A stretch of DNA of 64,000 bases from Azolla caroliniana (lineage: Eukaryota > Plantae > Polypodiophyta): the NCBI GenBank assembly GCA_043228905.1, contig JBHGNT010000009.1, positions 20,646,001 through 20,710,000 of the forward strand, given 5' to 3'. The notes beneath the pieces are model-generated. The model saw only the letters and a program-made list of their open reading frames with translations, did not search any database and was not told the origin of the DNA. This document shows, piece after piece, positions 12,521 through 24,426 of this stretch (within the stretch, counting starts at the first letter, position 1; each line of letters starts with the position of its first letter). Made by a program: the position numbers and the translations under genes.

Positions 12521-13920
12521 AGATCAACTAAGCATAGAATGAGCCTACACATGCAATGTGTATGATTTTCTATATATGTATACTATTATGTATAGCAAAG
12601 TTGCCATATTTGGCAGACTTGAGTGACTTAAGAATAGTCTTTTTGCATCTTTGAGCAGTGGGCCTACGAGCAATGAACTTGTCAATATTTATCTTCATTA
12701 TTTGTAGGTCATGAGGGATTAGGTGATACTCAAGCTGTCCTAACTCCAACAAACCTTAAAAAGATTTAGGAAAAGGTAAACTATATGACTCATTACCATA
12801 GAAACAAACAAACCATCTCTATAGTGTTGGCCCTCACATTTCTTAAATCTATTGCCCATGCATGTATTATTGCAATCAATTTAAATCTCATACATCAATA
12901 AACTACATACTTCCAATCACTTGCATCATGGAAATTTAAATGTTCCCCACAAAAATATAATCTTTTGCTAAACATGGAAAAGTACTTTGAAAAAAATAAA
13001 TAAATAGATAGCTTTCTCAAGAAAGAAAGAAAGATATATTAACATCTTCTCAAGAGGAATATTCTCATTAAAGTTCAATTTTAGTCATTGGTTACTATTC
13101 TTTATTTCCTAATCTTATTATAATCAATATCCCAATATATTTATTACTCCTCAAATTCACACATATGCATTACAAATCATATGCCCGTTTTGAATAATGA
13201 CTTACAACCTTAGGCTAGGTTCACATGAATGTTGTGGCCACAACAAATGTTATGAGAAATTTCGTATAAATGACATACATTTCACACAGGGCATTCAGAA
13301 GAAGGGACTGAAAATAGACAGTATATCACCAAAAAGGTGAAACATATTAAAGTAACATTTACATGCTTTTCTAACTTCTACACAAGCACTGTTTAAATGA
13401 TTTGTGAAAATATCTTATCACAAGGCCTTTCAAATTGCATCTGATAATGGAATCCTTCGTCCTGTGACCAGACCTAGCCAACTTTTGTGCTGTTGTGGTT
13501 TCATACAAAAACTCTTTTTTTTATTTGACGCCATTTACATCACCAACTTCTTGGGGTGAGTTGCCATACATGCAATATTTATTATTTGGATCAAATTCGC
13601 TGCCAATGAAAGAAAACCCCATTGATCTCAATGATAACAGGAAAACTGTATTACCACACTTCTCAATGAGATGTCTCAAAAGAGATAAGTTGATAATGCA
13701 TGTATGTCCTCTTCTTTGAATGTCTGGTCTTTAGAAGAGATGAAAGTGATCTGGTACCATTTTGTTTGTAATCATTTGTTGTGTGGGGCTTACCATTTCA
13801 AATTCAAGCTTGGGTTTCCCACCTATTACAGAAGAGAATGCATGGCATCATCTGGAAAGCTTGCTCTTGAATATTTTTGGATCAGAGGTTATATATCACA
13901 TCTTCAACAAAATAGTACAG

Positions 13921-14404
13921 TCATTGCTGATTTTCCATAGATAAACTATTATCTGAACTAATTTTCTCCTTAAATCCAAGCTGTGCCAAATCCTGCTTTG
14001 CCATTAAGTTTCTGCAAAATAGAGTATATGAATATATTTCAAAACATACTAGCAAAGCATGTTTTACCATCCCTATCAAAGCTTAGCCAAGAAGACTCCT
14101 ACTTTTCCATGCGGCACTCGAGATAACGTTTTGATAAGCTTCGGCATTTCTCAGCTTCAAGTTTGTTTTGCTCGAGACAAGACATGTAGTCTTTCATAGC
14201 CTGTGCTTGATGAAAATGCACATCAGAGAACATTAACTGCAGAAAACCACCACCACTACAAAAGGAACATTAAACAGAGTGATAAAAAAAAGAGAAAACA
14301 CACACTTCCTTGCACTGTTGGAAATGATCCAAAGGAAAAACTCCCTTTTCTGGAGCAACAGGTTGTAATCCACGAGCACCGCCGAATGCACCACCGGATG
14401 CCAT
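13921..14404 (-). CDS. COX19: Cytochrome c oxidase assembly protein COX19 (twin CX9C), coding exons 14404-14306, 14200-14103, 14011-13921 (95 aa)
   Basis: Spliced translation: MASGGAFGGARGLQPVAPEKGVFPLDHFQQCKE-AMKDYMSCLEQNKLEAEKCRSLSKRYLECRMEK-NLMAKQDLAQLGF...NQQ*. It has the PEKG.FPLDH motif and two CX9C motifs, with GT-AG introns and 288 nt in frame. Confidence 0.93.
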
Positions 14405-14619
14405 ACTCAGGCTTTTACAATAAGTAACCTGTAATACAACAGCAAATCATAAAAATTCTCTATACTACTTGCATGGTATCTATAATCTACTATAAAGATG
14501 AATTTTGCATCAAGTTCCTACGTCAACAAACAAATCAAATTAAACATGTTATCAAGAAAATTGAAGGTGAGGGTATTACCCTTTTACACACCAAATCCTC
14601 CAAGCTGAAGCCCTGGCTA

Positions 14620-17400
14620 TGTGCTATGCCATAGTTAGAAGCTTCTAGCACATAGTTTGGATATGAACATGTACACTTGATAGTTCATGCAAGCCATCAT
14701 TACAAGGGTGTACTGGGATAAATATCAACATCATAACTGAATGAATGATCAAGAAGAGTGTACAATAGGGTAACTATCCCTTTATATATCCACTTCGAGA
14801 TTGTGTTCAGAACATATATGCGCATCCACACTATAAGCCTAATGCACAGTCATTCACTTTACCTATGAACTTGTGGAAACTTATATTCAACATGTCCATT
14901 AAGGACTCTTACAATCTAGATCCAACCACACCCCTTGATACCCACACCTTCCAACTCTGTACCATACTCCATATCTCGCCATCAATCATTTTCCTTATCA
15001 TACATCCAGACGCCAGATTCCTAGGAATATGCTCCAAAATCATTGGTACAACCAGGATTATAAAGGATGTATTGAAACTTCCAACAAACATAAACCTTTG
15101 AGAGATTACATAACAAAATGTTCACAAGCAAATGTGAACCTTTACGTGCCAAAACAATTGCACCATTATAATGCACAGCATTGGGATTGATACCACCTTT
15201 TCATGAGCAAAGACTTGGCTGCTGCTTGACACAAGAACCCCAAAACCTGATCCTGATCAAGGATCCACAACTATGGGATTCATATGTGGAAAGTTTGTAT
15301 CACGTCCCTCCCTTTTACCATGATAATCTGAGATGCACCCTACTACCTTCAATTTCTTTACCTCATACAAGGTTGAGAAGGTCATGGGACCTTCAATATG
15401 TACAATCATCTGACCATACAGGGATACAAGCTACAAGGCGAACACCTCATATATGCAATACGCACACTTGTTCCTATCCACATGTTTGATAAGGCCTTGG
15501 TAGAGGGCCTTTCCAGAACATGTGTAAAGACGTAGAGGACCATTGTGAGGTTCTTGGGTCCCAATATATGACTCTTCCATGATGTTCAATATAATGGGAA
15601 CGGTGATGAGGTTCTTGGGTCCCAAGACATGACTCTCCCATGATCAATGGAATGGGAAACGTGGTGAGGTTCTTGAGTCTCTTCGGACTCTGCATCAATG
15701 AGGTAGCAGATTACATCATTCATGGAGGCCACGAGGGAATTCCCAGATTAGATACACCCATTCACATTCTTCCTTATGTTGATGACATATTCTTTGTCAC
15801 TGAATCTCAATGAGAACCAAAGATATTATATGTTGTCATGAACCATGAATCAGGGACCATAGTGAGGTTCTTGAGTCCCAAGACATGACTCTTCCATGAT
15901 GTTCAATGGAATGGGAACTGTAGTGAGGTTTTTGGCTCCCAAGACGTGACTCTCCCATGATCAATGGAATGGGAAACGTGGTGATGTTCTTGAGTTCCAA
16001 GATGTGACTCTCCCATGAGCCGGGAAGTGAGGACCAAAGCAAGGTTCCATTCACATTCTTCCTTATGCTGATGACATATTCTTCGTCACTGAATCTCAAT
16101 GAGGACAAAAGATATTATATGTTGTCATGAACCATGAATCAGGGACCATAGTGAGGTTCTTGAGTCCCAAAACATGACTCTTCCATGATGTTCAATGGAA
16201 TGGGAACTGTAGTGAGGTTCTTCGCTCCCAAGATGTATGTGACTCTCCCATGATCAATGGAATGGGAAACGTGGTGAGGTTCTTGAGTTCCAAGACATGA
16301 CTCTCCCATGAGCCGTAAAGTGGGGACCAAAGCAAGGTTCCATTCACAATCTTCTTTATGCTGATGACATATTCTTCTTCACTGAATCTCATGCAGATCT
16401 ACAACGTCATCTAGATCCCCTAAATGGTTTTTACTGTGAAAACGCGCTCACAGTAAACCTAGGACATACTAAGGCCATGATCTCAACTGCAGTAACTTGC
16501 TGACACACTGTCTTTACCTATCAGGATGGCAAGTTGAAGTACTGGATTCCTATGTATATCTAGGAGTTGCATTTACAAGCATGAATGTGGTCTTCCTTAT
16601 GATCCAACGTGTTTACTTCAGAGTATGCAACTCAAGCCATGCTATAATGGCAATGCCACCAGGCACACTTCCAGGAGCACCACTCCAAAGTATGGTTATT
16701 CAACATCATGGCCCATCATACACTCGTGTACAATGCATCCATATGGGATCCAGTCCTCCCCATGTACATGTGAACACAAGTAGAGAGTTTATTAGTCAAG
16801 ATGTAATTATGGATGCTACATCGTAAATCATCCAGCCCACACAAGATCATTGTTGCTGAATTTTCGGCACCAGCCATGATGATAGAAGAATTATGCCAGA
16901 CAATGAATCTCATCAACGGGATTTGAACCATGCCACCTCAAAGAATTATATGTAAGGCAACTAAAGCATTAACGCAAATGGTGACAACAGAACATGCAGA
17001 ACGATCATAAAACTCAGATGTGATGAAATGGTTCAACAATAACCTCGACATTAAGAACACGCAGCATCCCCACAATGGTGGAAGCATTATTCCATACAAT
17101 GAATCTTGGCAGCAGGATTTGAACCATGGCATCTCCAAAAATTACCTCAAAGTTTCCTCTTACCAAGTAGAGATTGAGGTAGGACGAGTCCTCAGCTTAC
17201 CTAGCGCTGCATTTTTTTGCAAATTATGTAATGTGAGATTGAAAGCGAGGAAAATTTGGTGTGTAAGTTTTCAGCTTTCAACCACATCAGAGAAAAGAAC
17301 GTCACCCTCTACCCAAACCCCACCACCATTTGACAAATGATGGAGAAGGCTGGCCCATGAAAGTCTAGCCAAATCTTTCAAGGCCTTGCAGGCATTCTCA
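14620..17400 (+). mobile_element. Degraded RTE-clade LINE, probably inside a COX19 5'UTR intron (boundaries approximate)
   Basis: RT motifs LFGLCINEV (~15680), YADDIFF.TES, DLQRHLDPLNGF.C....LTVNLGHTKAMI (~16390-16480), VEVLDSYVYLGVAF (~16530) and QVEIEVGR (~17165). Many stops and indels. Confidence 0.75.
15536..16392. repeat. Tandem array: ~60-bp subunits inside a ~300-bp higher-order unit present about 3 times
   Basis: gtgaggttcttg(g/a)gtcccaagacatgactct(c/t)ccatgat...aatggaatgggaa recurs. The ttatg(c/t)tgatgacatattctt block recurs at ~15775, ~16063 and ~16356. Confidence 0.85.
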
Positions 17401-17833
17401 AATAGTAAGATTTTGTATTGTAAGATTGTAGGGGTTCCTTGTATACAAATTATATTCCCATGTTCGGCATTTCTTTCTTATGCAACCTTCTCAGAGTTCA
17501 GTTCTAGTAATGTTCTCTTGATCTTGAATCCATGTTTACTTTGGAAAGTTATCTCAACAAAAATGAAAATCACATCTCAGTCATACTAAAGGAAACGAGC
17601 AGAGAGCAGAAAACCTGTCATATACTGTCTTACAGCACAAAAAAGAGAAGCTCGGAGAGAGAGAGAACCTGATCAGATTCTGCAACAGAAGAGAAAGGAT
17701 TCGCATGAGCGGGATGCCATCATTGAAGCCTAAGCTAAAGTCCGCCTCTCATACGATGTAGTGTTGAAGAAAGGGTTCATGTGAGTCACATACATACGTA
17801 CATACATACATACATACTACATATACATATACA

Positions 17834-18819
17834 CATAGAATGAACCATACGTACCATACGTTCATTCGCATTCGAGTATGCTTCAATCAAACGTGTATGG
17901 TAAATAATCTCAAAGTTAGATTAGATTGACTAGGGTCTATATTATATATTTATTCACTCTCAATCCTAATAAGTGGACTCTAATCCATTGTGAACCACCA
18001 ACATAAGTATGGTTACAATATTTGCATTGTATCACATGCATACTTTTGGGATGCGAATCAAGACATCTCTATCATCCTCACTTTAGAACTTTACAAAAAA
18101 ATGAGTATGAACTATAATGATTGAATCAAAATATGTCATTATAAATTTTAATCAAACGTTCAAAAACTCATAAAACGTATATTCGAGAATATGAAGAAAA
18201 CATGACATACGCAGTAGTAACATAACAACTTACCACTAGGGTGACCTAATTTCTAATAACAAAGAAAGAAAGAAAGAAAGAAAGAAAGAAAAAGGAACAT
18301 GACACTAACATAAAATTTTGCCATGACATAGGTAGTAGTAGCATAATAACTTACCACTCGAGTGAGCTAATTTCTAATAACAAAGAAAGAAAGAAAAAGA
18401 AGAAAAAGGAACATGACACAAATATAAAATTTTGCCATGACACTAACAAGAGGATGTGAGAAAGCTAGGAATTGAACCCAAGTCACAAGTAATAGTAGCA
18501 TAACAACTTACCACTAAGTTGTGCATAGTTGAAATAATAAAAGTAAAAGAAAAAAACTATTATAACACTAATATAAAATTTTGCTATGACATGGTACTAA
18601 TGAGAGAGAGAGAAAGAGATGAGAAAATTGAGAATTAAACCTAAGACATACTCAACGATAGCATGACTCATCACCACTAGAGTAAGCTAAATTATAATAA
18701 CAATAAATGAAAAAAAAGAAAAAAAAAGGAGCACATATTTTTCCCATTTCAAACGTGTTCGTTTCCAAACGTTTCCAAACGTTGGAATGCTTGCACGAAC
18801 ACGAATATTACGTTCTATG
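17834..18819. mobile_element. MITE-like element with CATAG...CTATG termini inserted in a (TACA)n tract
   Basis: It starts catagaatgaaccatacgtaccatacg and ends cacgaatattacgttctatg. Both ends resemble the copies at 40992 and 41318, and TACA repeats flank it. Confidence 0.55.
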
Positions 18820-19438
18820 CATATACATATACGCTCGTGACTAACTACTACCAAATATTTAAGAGGGCAAGTGAGGGAATCGCGGAGAGGGACGGTGTAG
18901 GTCGCACCGCTGATGGCGCGTTCGATCTCCACCGTCCAAGATGGATAAAAAGCTGATAACGTCTATCACTAGGAGCCCAACTCTGTGTAAAGGAGCCCGA
19001 CTCTCTGACATCCTCTGTGAAAAGGAGCTCCACTGTCAGACAACCTCTATGTAAAGGAGCCCGACTCTGTCAAAAGGAGCCTCGCTGTTTGACAACCTTT
19101 GTCATCAGAAGCCCGACCGACTCAAGGAAGGAGCCCGACTTAAAAACAAACATCAAAAACTCCAAAAAGTGGTAAGTGTACAACAAATATTTGCCATGAA
19201 AATGATCATAAAATTTCTCAAAAAAACCTAAAGATTCAAATAACAAGTCTTACATAAAATATTAAAACATCAAATGTTGACAACCCTAAAATGAAATATG
19301 AATATACACGTTACATATTAAGATTATGGCTCATGTCGGGATGATTGCAAGATGCAACCACAATTTTTACATGTAAAATTCGAGTCCCTTGAAGTCAAGG
19401 TCAAGCCATCGCAATGCAAACACCGAACCTTCTCATGG

Positions 19439-22058
19439 TCACCTAGCCCGATTTGCACCTCTTTGTAGTTTTCCGGAGTGGGATTTGGAAGTGTTTGGGG
19501 AGCTACCAGTAAGTTCTTGTGAGATGTCTATTGTTGCATTTCTTTTGGCACCGATTTGTTGGTTACGACTTATTGATCTGCCATCTTCTTCATTGGTTGA
19601 TTTTGGTGCACCAACGCAATACACCTTCTCAACCACATCTTCCAATGTTTGTATACCTTCGACAGTAGTTGCACGGTCGAAGGTTCCTAACCCTTGCTCG
19701 AGACATTGAAGCGCTTTCACGACCGTTTGTATTTTGGACTTGAATTATTCAATCTCGGATGTTGTGGGGTTTGTCTCCTTGACTCGTTCTACCTCTGCCT
19801 CCACTTCTATTTTTGTATTATGGTCCATTCGCATTTGGGTCACGTGATCTATAAAAGGCAATGAGCCACATAAATGTGGCATATGCCTCTCAATAATCAT
19901 TCGGATACCGAGTAAATGCTTACATTTACTCGCAATGTCTTGGCAATCACAATATGAACATTGGAGTGAGACATTATCCCATAGAGTGGGAGTCGTCATG
20001 CTCAAGATTCTAAACCAATATTGGGCCTCGTCGACAATTTCCATTGTGAAAGTATCGTCGACATACCTTTCCAATATTCTCTCCGCTTCTTTAAGTCGGA
20101 ACCTTTGATCCCTACAATTCGCACGGGGTGCAAACCGACCACTCTCACATATTTCTTGTTGTTGCTTGTACCACTCTATTACCGTCCCTCCTATGCAAGT
20201 GCCAGTTTCACTGTTCCCGATTAAGACATGCAGAAGGTTGATAATTGATTGGTTTATTGTTCCTCTCAAGGCAATATACTTGATAAATTGCCAATGTCTT
20301 TCCACAATATTGGCAGTGTCAACATGTCCATAGTTGAACATTCTACCAAACTTGGGCTAGAGTTTCCTCCACACACATGTTAGACCACACCATCCTCCTC
20401 TATATATTGCCAAACACCGGGCTTGTCTGCATATTCTACCTTTAACTCCTCACACATCGCATTGAATGTGGATTCAGTAATGCATTGCATCAGTTGGCAC
20501 ATTCGTTGATAAAGATGGCTTCTCTAAGTTGCACTTACTTTTGGCAACAAGTTGTCCACCCATGACTTTTTGGCGTGAACCTAACACACAGGAGTCAACA
20601 ATGTGTTTATGACCGTTGCCCATTTACAACAATCCAAGATTGACGGTATGTTGCAACCACATTAGTTATGGCATTATATGATGTCCAACATTTATCAATC
20701 ACTATCGCATTTGGCCTCACCGTGGGCATCCTTGTGAATATGACTCTCAAACAAGTTTCTAATGCGACTTGCTCATGGTTTGACCCCTTATCAGAACTAC
20801 AAAGCATGTACCATAATGGGATCCCAATTCCTGTGGTGTTGGGGGCAACTACTGCATATAATGGGAGCCCGAATTGATTTGTTTTAAATGTTGAGTCAAT
20901 TGCCCAAGAGTTGTTTAGGGTCAACCGCTCACACATTTCCAACATCCATTGATCTTGAAGTATCAAGATAAATGGTTGTTTGGTGGGAGATCCTGGTTCA
21001 CCAGGCAGGTAGGGTTGAACATGAACCACTTTCCCAAGATCTTGAAGTGCATAAGCATCTTGCATCATCAAAACCCAATCAACCTTAGTCATGGCACTCC
21101 CGAATTTTAACCTATTTGCCATGTTATGGACCTCCTTTGGTATCATAAAGAACTGATCGCTAACAAGCTCTAATGGACTAGCCTTGGACTTATGATATGC
21201 TTCCTTACGCATGTTCATTCGTGCCACATGCCTTGCACACCCAACATCAAATAGGTCATCTTTGCAACTTATGACATTGGGGTGTACTGACAAATGGTAC
21301 ACATCCGACCTACTACATGGTACATGACCACTATGAGGTCCATATATTGAAATGGTAAGTGTCTCATTGTCAACACAGTCATTCATTCTAACGTCCACAG
21401 GGAATGTGCACCCACATCGGGGTGTGCACCTGCGTCATCGAGTGGAATTAGATGCAAGTCAAGATGTCCCAACACGATGACAACTATACCTAGTCACACG
21501 CATACCCTTCTTGACTCCTTTCCTTAAACGTGTGTGGTACTTGGTTTGCAAATCTGTGAGCACATAATCTAACTGGTGGGTTTCTACCTTGATCACTTCT
21601 ATGGGTAGGGTCTTGTTATATTTGGCCATGCTTGATCCCAAACCTTCTATCGGGTCGACCTTCGATACCATTTGGCAACCAAAACTTGTAATGAGTGCTT
21701 TTACGTACTCCTGTGGGATGCCATAATCACGTACATCAGTCGCATAAACTAGCTTTAACTCTTTAAGAGTCTTTGAAAACGTGTGATGGGATGTGTCACC
21801 ATGTGACGCTAATACTACTTCCCTCCATCTCTCAACATATAATACTTGAAGATTAGGTGATGTTTTAAGGTAAATTGCACTCTCATTCCCGAGTATGAGA
21901 AGACTCTTCAGGCGCCTCCATGCATGAAGTGAAAGAGGTGCTCCCCTTGCGACATCATGTAACGCTTCCAATGTTACCTTAACTTGTCCCAATAAATCTT
22001 TAACCATCAAATTATACGTACCTCTTGAAAATGCAAAATACCTGGGGGAACAATACAT
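19439..22058 (-). pseudogene. MULE transposase with SWIM zinc finger (disrupted by stops and frameshifts)
   Basis: DDE-region motifs WAIDSTFKTNQFGLPLY, IVIDKCW, C*VHAKKSW and TANIVERHW; SWIM motif CDCQDIASKCKH. Confidence 0.85.
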
Positions 22059-22659
22059 GAAGGGATCGACCGCCTCATCCTCAAGATCAGAATCTAATGA
22101 CTCAAAAGGAATCTCAAATTCGTCCTAAGATACAAACAATGCATTGGACGACCATGACGTATCCTCCGACATGGCGAAGACACCATAATGCATTGTGCTC
22201 TCCACAACAAATACAATATGATCGAGAATGCCAGTGATTGAGGTGAATTAAGTGAATGTGAGAGATTATGCGAATGAATGAAGTGAATGAATTCAAATAA
22301 TTCACATGAATGGAGTGGATTATTTCAGCTCTTCTTCAATGATTTAGTTCAAGAATGTTTAATGTGAGTGATTAATAGACTGTTAAGGAAGGGAATGAGT
22401 TCAATGAGTCTACCTCTTAGTGCATGCTACTGAATTTGGTGAATCAATTTGCTGTAGTCGTTAGTATGATCATTGAAACACCATCATTACACGTAGTTGG
22501 GCAATTGACTATTAATGAGTCGGGCTCCTCATTAATCAGTCGGGCTCCCTACACCAAAAAAAATTGTACATTGCTTTGTCTACCTTCTCCATTATTGATA
22601 TTATTAAATTGTCTAGTATTGCATTATTGTACATTGCATTGTCTAGTATTGTATAATAA

Positions 22660-22972
22660 AACTCACAACCAGAATGTACATCAAACTGAGTCATATACAA
22701 CCAAAATGAGATTCAAATAATAAGACTCACAACCAAAATGTACATCAAATTGAGTCATACACAACCAGAATGAGATTCAAATAATAAGACTCACAACCAG
22801 AATGAGATTCAAATAATAAGACTCACAACCAGAACGAGATTCAAATAATAAGACTCATAACCAAAATGTACATCAAATTGAGTCATATACAACTAGAATG
22901 AGATTCAAATAATAAGACTCACAACCAGAATGTACATCAAATTGAGTCATATACAACCAAAATGAGATTCAA
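22660..22972. repeat. Minisatellite of ~28-30-bp alternating units inside the MULE
   Basis: actcacaaccagaatg(tacatcaaattgagtcatatac / agattcaaataataag) repeated about 11 times. Confidence 0.85.
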
Positions 22973-23084
22973 CTATTTTCCAGATATTACAAAAAAGTTG
23001 GCAATCCGCATGAGATAGTAAATCGAGATCATATCTTTGATGTTACAAAGTACAACATGCTAGTGATTAAAATAACCCTATGCC

Positions 23085-23700
23085 TAGAGTCCTTCGTGTC
23101 CATTTTGCCATGATTTTCTGAAGGAGCTCCACATCTTCGAATCCAAACCATTGCTCCTTACCCTACACCACAAGATGCCATCAACCTAAGCCCTTACAAA
23201 AACAAATGCTCAAATTCAATTCTCATAAATACTTACAAATTGATCAGACTCAAATCCTTGAATGAACTCCTCGACCAACATTCAAATGGTTTGCATCACG
23301 TAATACCCACAATCCGTCCCATTAGGTTGGGTTGGGATATGCAATACCTAGAACCGCTCGTTGTTGATGATGCAATGGTCGTGTGTGGCGCTAGAGATAT
23401 GTCGTACAACCAAATCACCCAATGTCTTCATGCCGGCAGTCAGATGATTATTTAGTGGATCGCAAAAAACAATTGGGCTCCTCACCTTGGCATCGAGACC
23501 TATAGGAGTTTGTCGCATCTTCAACCAAAGCACCCAATGCCCTGAGTGCAATATCAGAATGAAGACATATTCCCGTTTAGGGACCCAAGTGAGTATGTCT
23601 TCACCCTTATCGCTTTGGCCTTCTAGTTGTACCCATAGTGGATCCACGATATGAAACCGCTTGTTGATCTTGGGGGGCAACGAGTACTCCATCCATACAT
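23085..23700 (-). pseudogene. Ulp1-like SUMO-protease (peptidase C48) gene fragment carried by the MULE, truncated by an LTR insertion at 23701
   Basis: The catalytic motifs appear in order: ILHSGHWVL (His), VFCDPL (Asp), then IPTQPNGTDCGYYVMQ (Gln/Cys, ~23338-23290, frameshifted). Confidence 0.75.
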
Positions 23701-24409
23701 TGTCGTGAAGAAAACCGTCCCTAGGCGGAAACCGAGTTTAGTGTGTGTAAACCGGCCCTTACACGCGATCACACTTTTCGTTGTATAGTAAGTAGGTAGG
23801 TACAAGTCGGCTGAGAGGAAATCCTAGGTAGCATGCATTCAATAGGGAGTGAATCGAGGTGTATCTCTGCCTGAAAGGACAGAGAATTAATATGATGTAA
23901 CAGATGATAACGGCCTCCCTCCTTGGGCTATAAAAGAGAGGGAGAGGAATAGGGAAAGGTATCGCGCATTAGAGAGGACGAAGTGCTGCCGGACTGGGAC
24001 CGAGCCCTTCTCTTCTACCACTCTCCATAGCCCTTTTTGCGCAGGTTTTCAGGAGGCCGACTCTGCTCTGTGGAATGCCCATGTGCTTTCGGCAGAGTCT
24101 CCATCTCGCTCTTCTGTGTGTGTGAGTGAACAGGCGTCAGTGTTCGCCTTGCTGGCATGTTAGTTGTAACCGTCTCGATATATATATATATATATATATA
24201 TTAATATACATACGTGTTCATATACTCGGGCTTCTAGTCGTCTCGTTTTGCTGTGTTGTTGGACTGTGATTCCTGTGTGCTCCCGTGTTTGTGCATGTGC
24301 AAGTGCGTCCGTTGCCTTTCCGCTCTCCTCCTTCTCAGCTATTTCTCGGTCCAAGACCCCGATGGTCCCGCCTCGTTCCCCACGCACGCGCGTAACAACG
24401 CGACATATT

Positions 24410-24426
24410 TGGTGAACCCGACGTGA
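24410..24426 (+). promoter_or_regulatory. Primer-binding site complementary to the tRNA-Trp 3' end
   Basis: TGGTGAACCCGACGTGA, 4 nt after the LTR's CA. It is the reverse complement of the plant cytosolic tRNA-Trp end (...TCACGTCGGGTTCACCA), as I recall that sequence. Confidence 0.75.
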
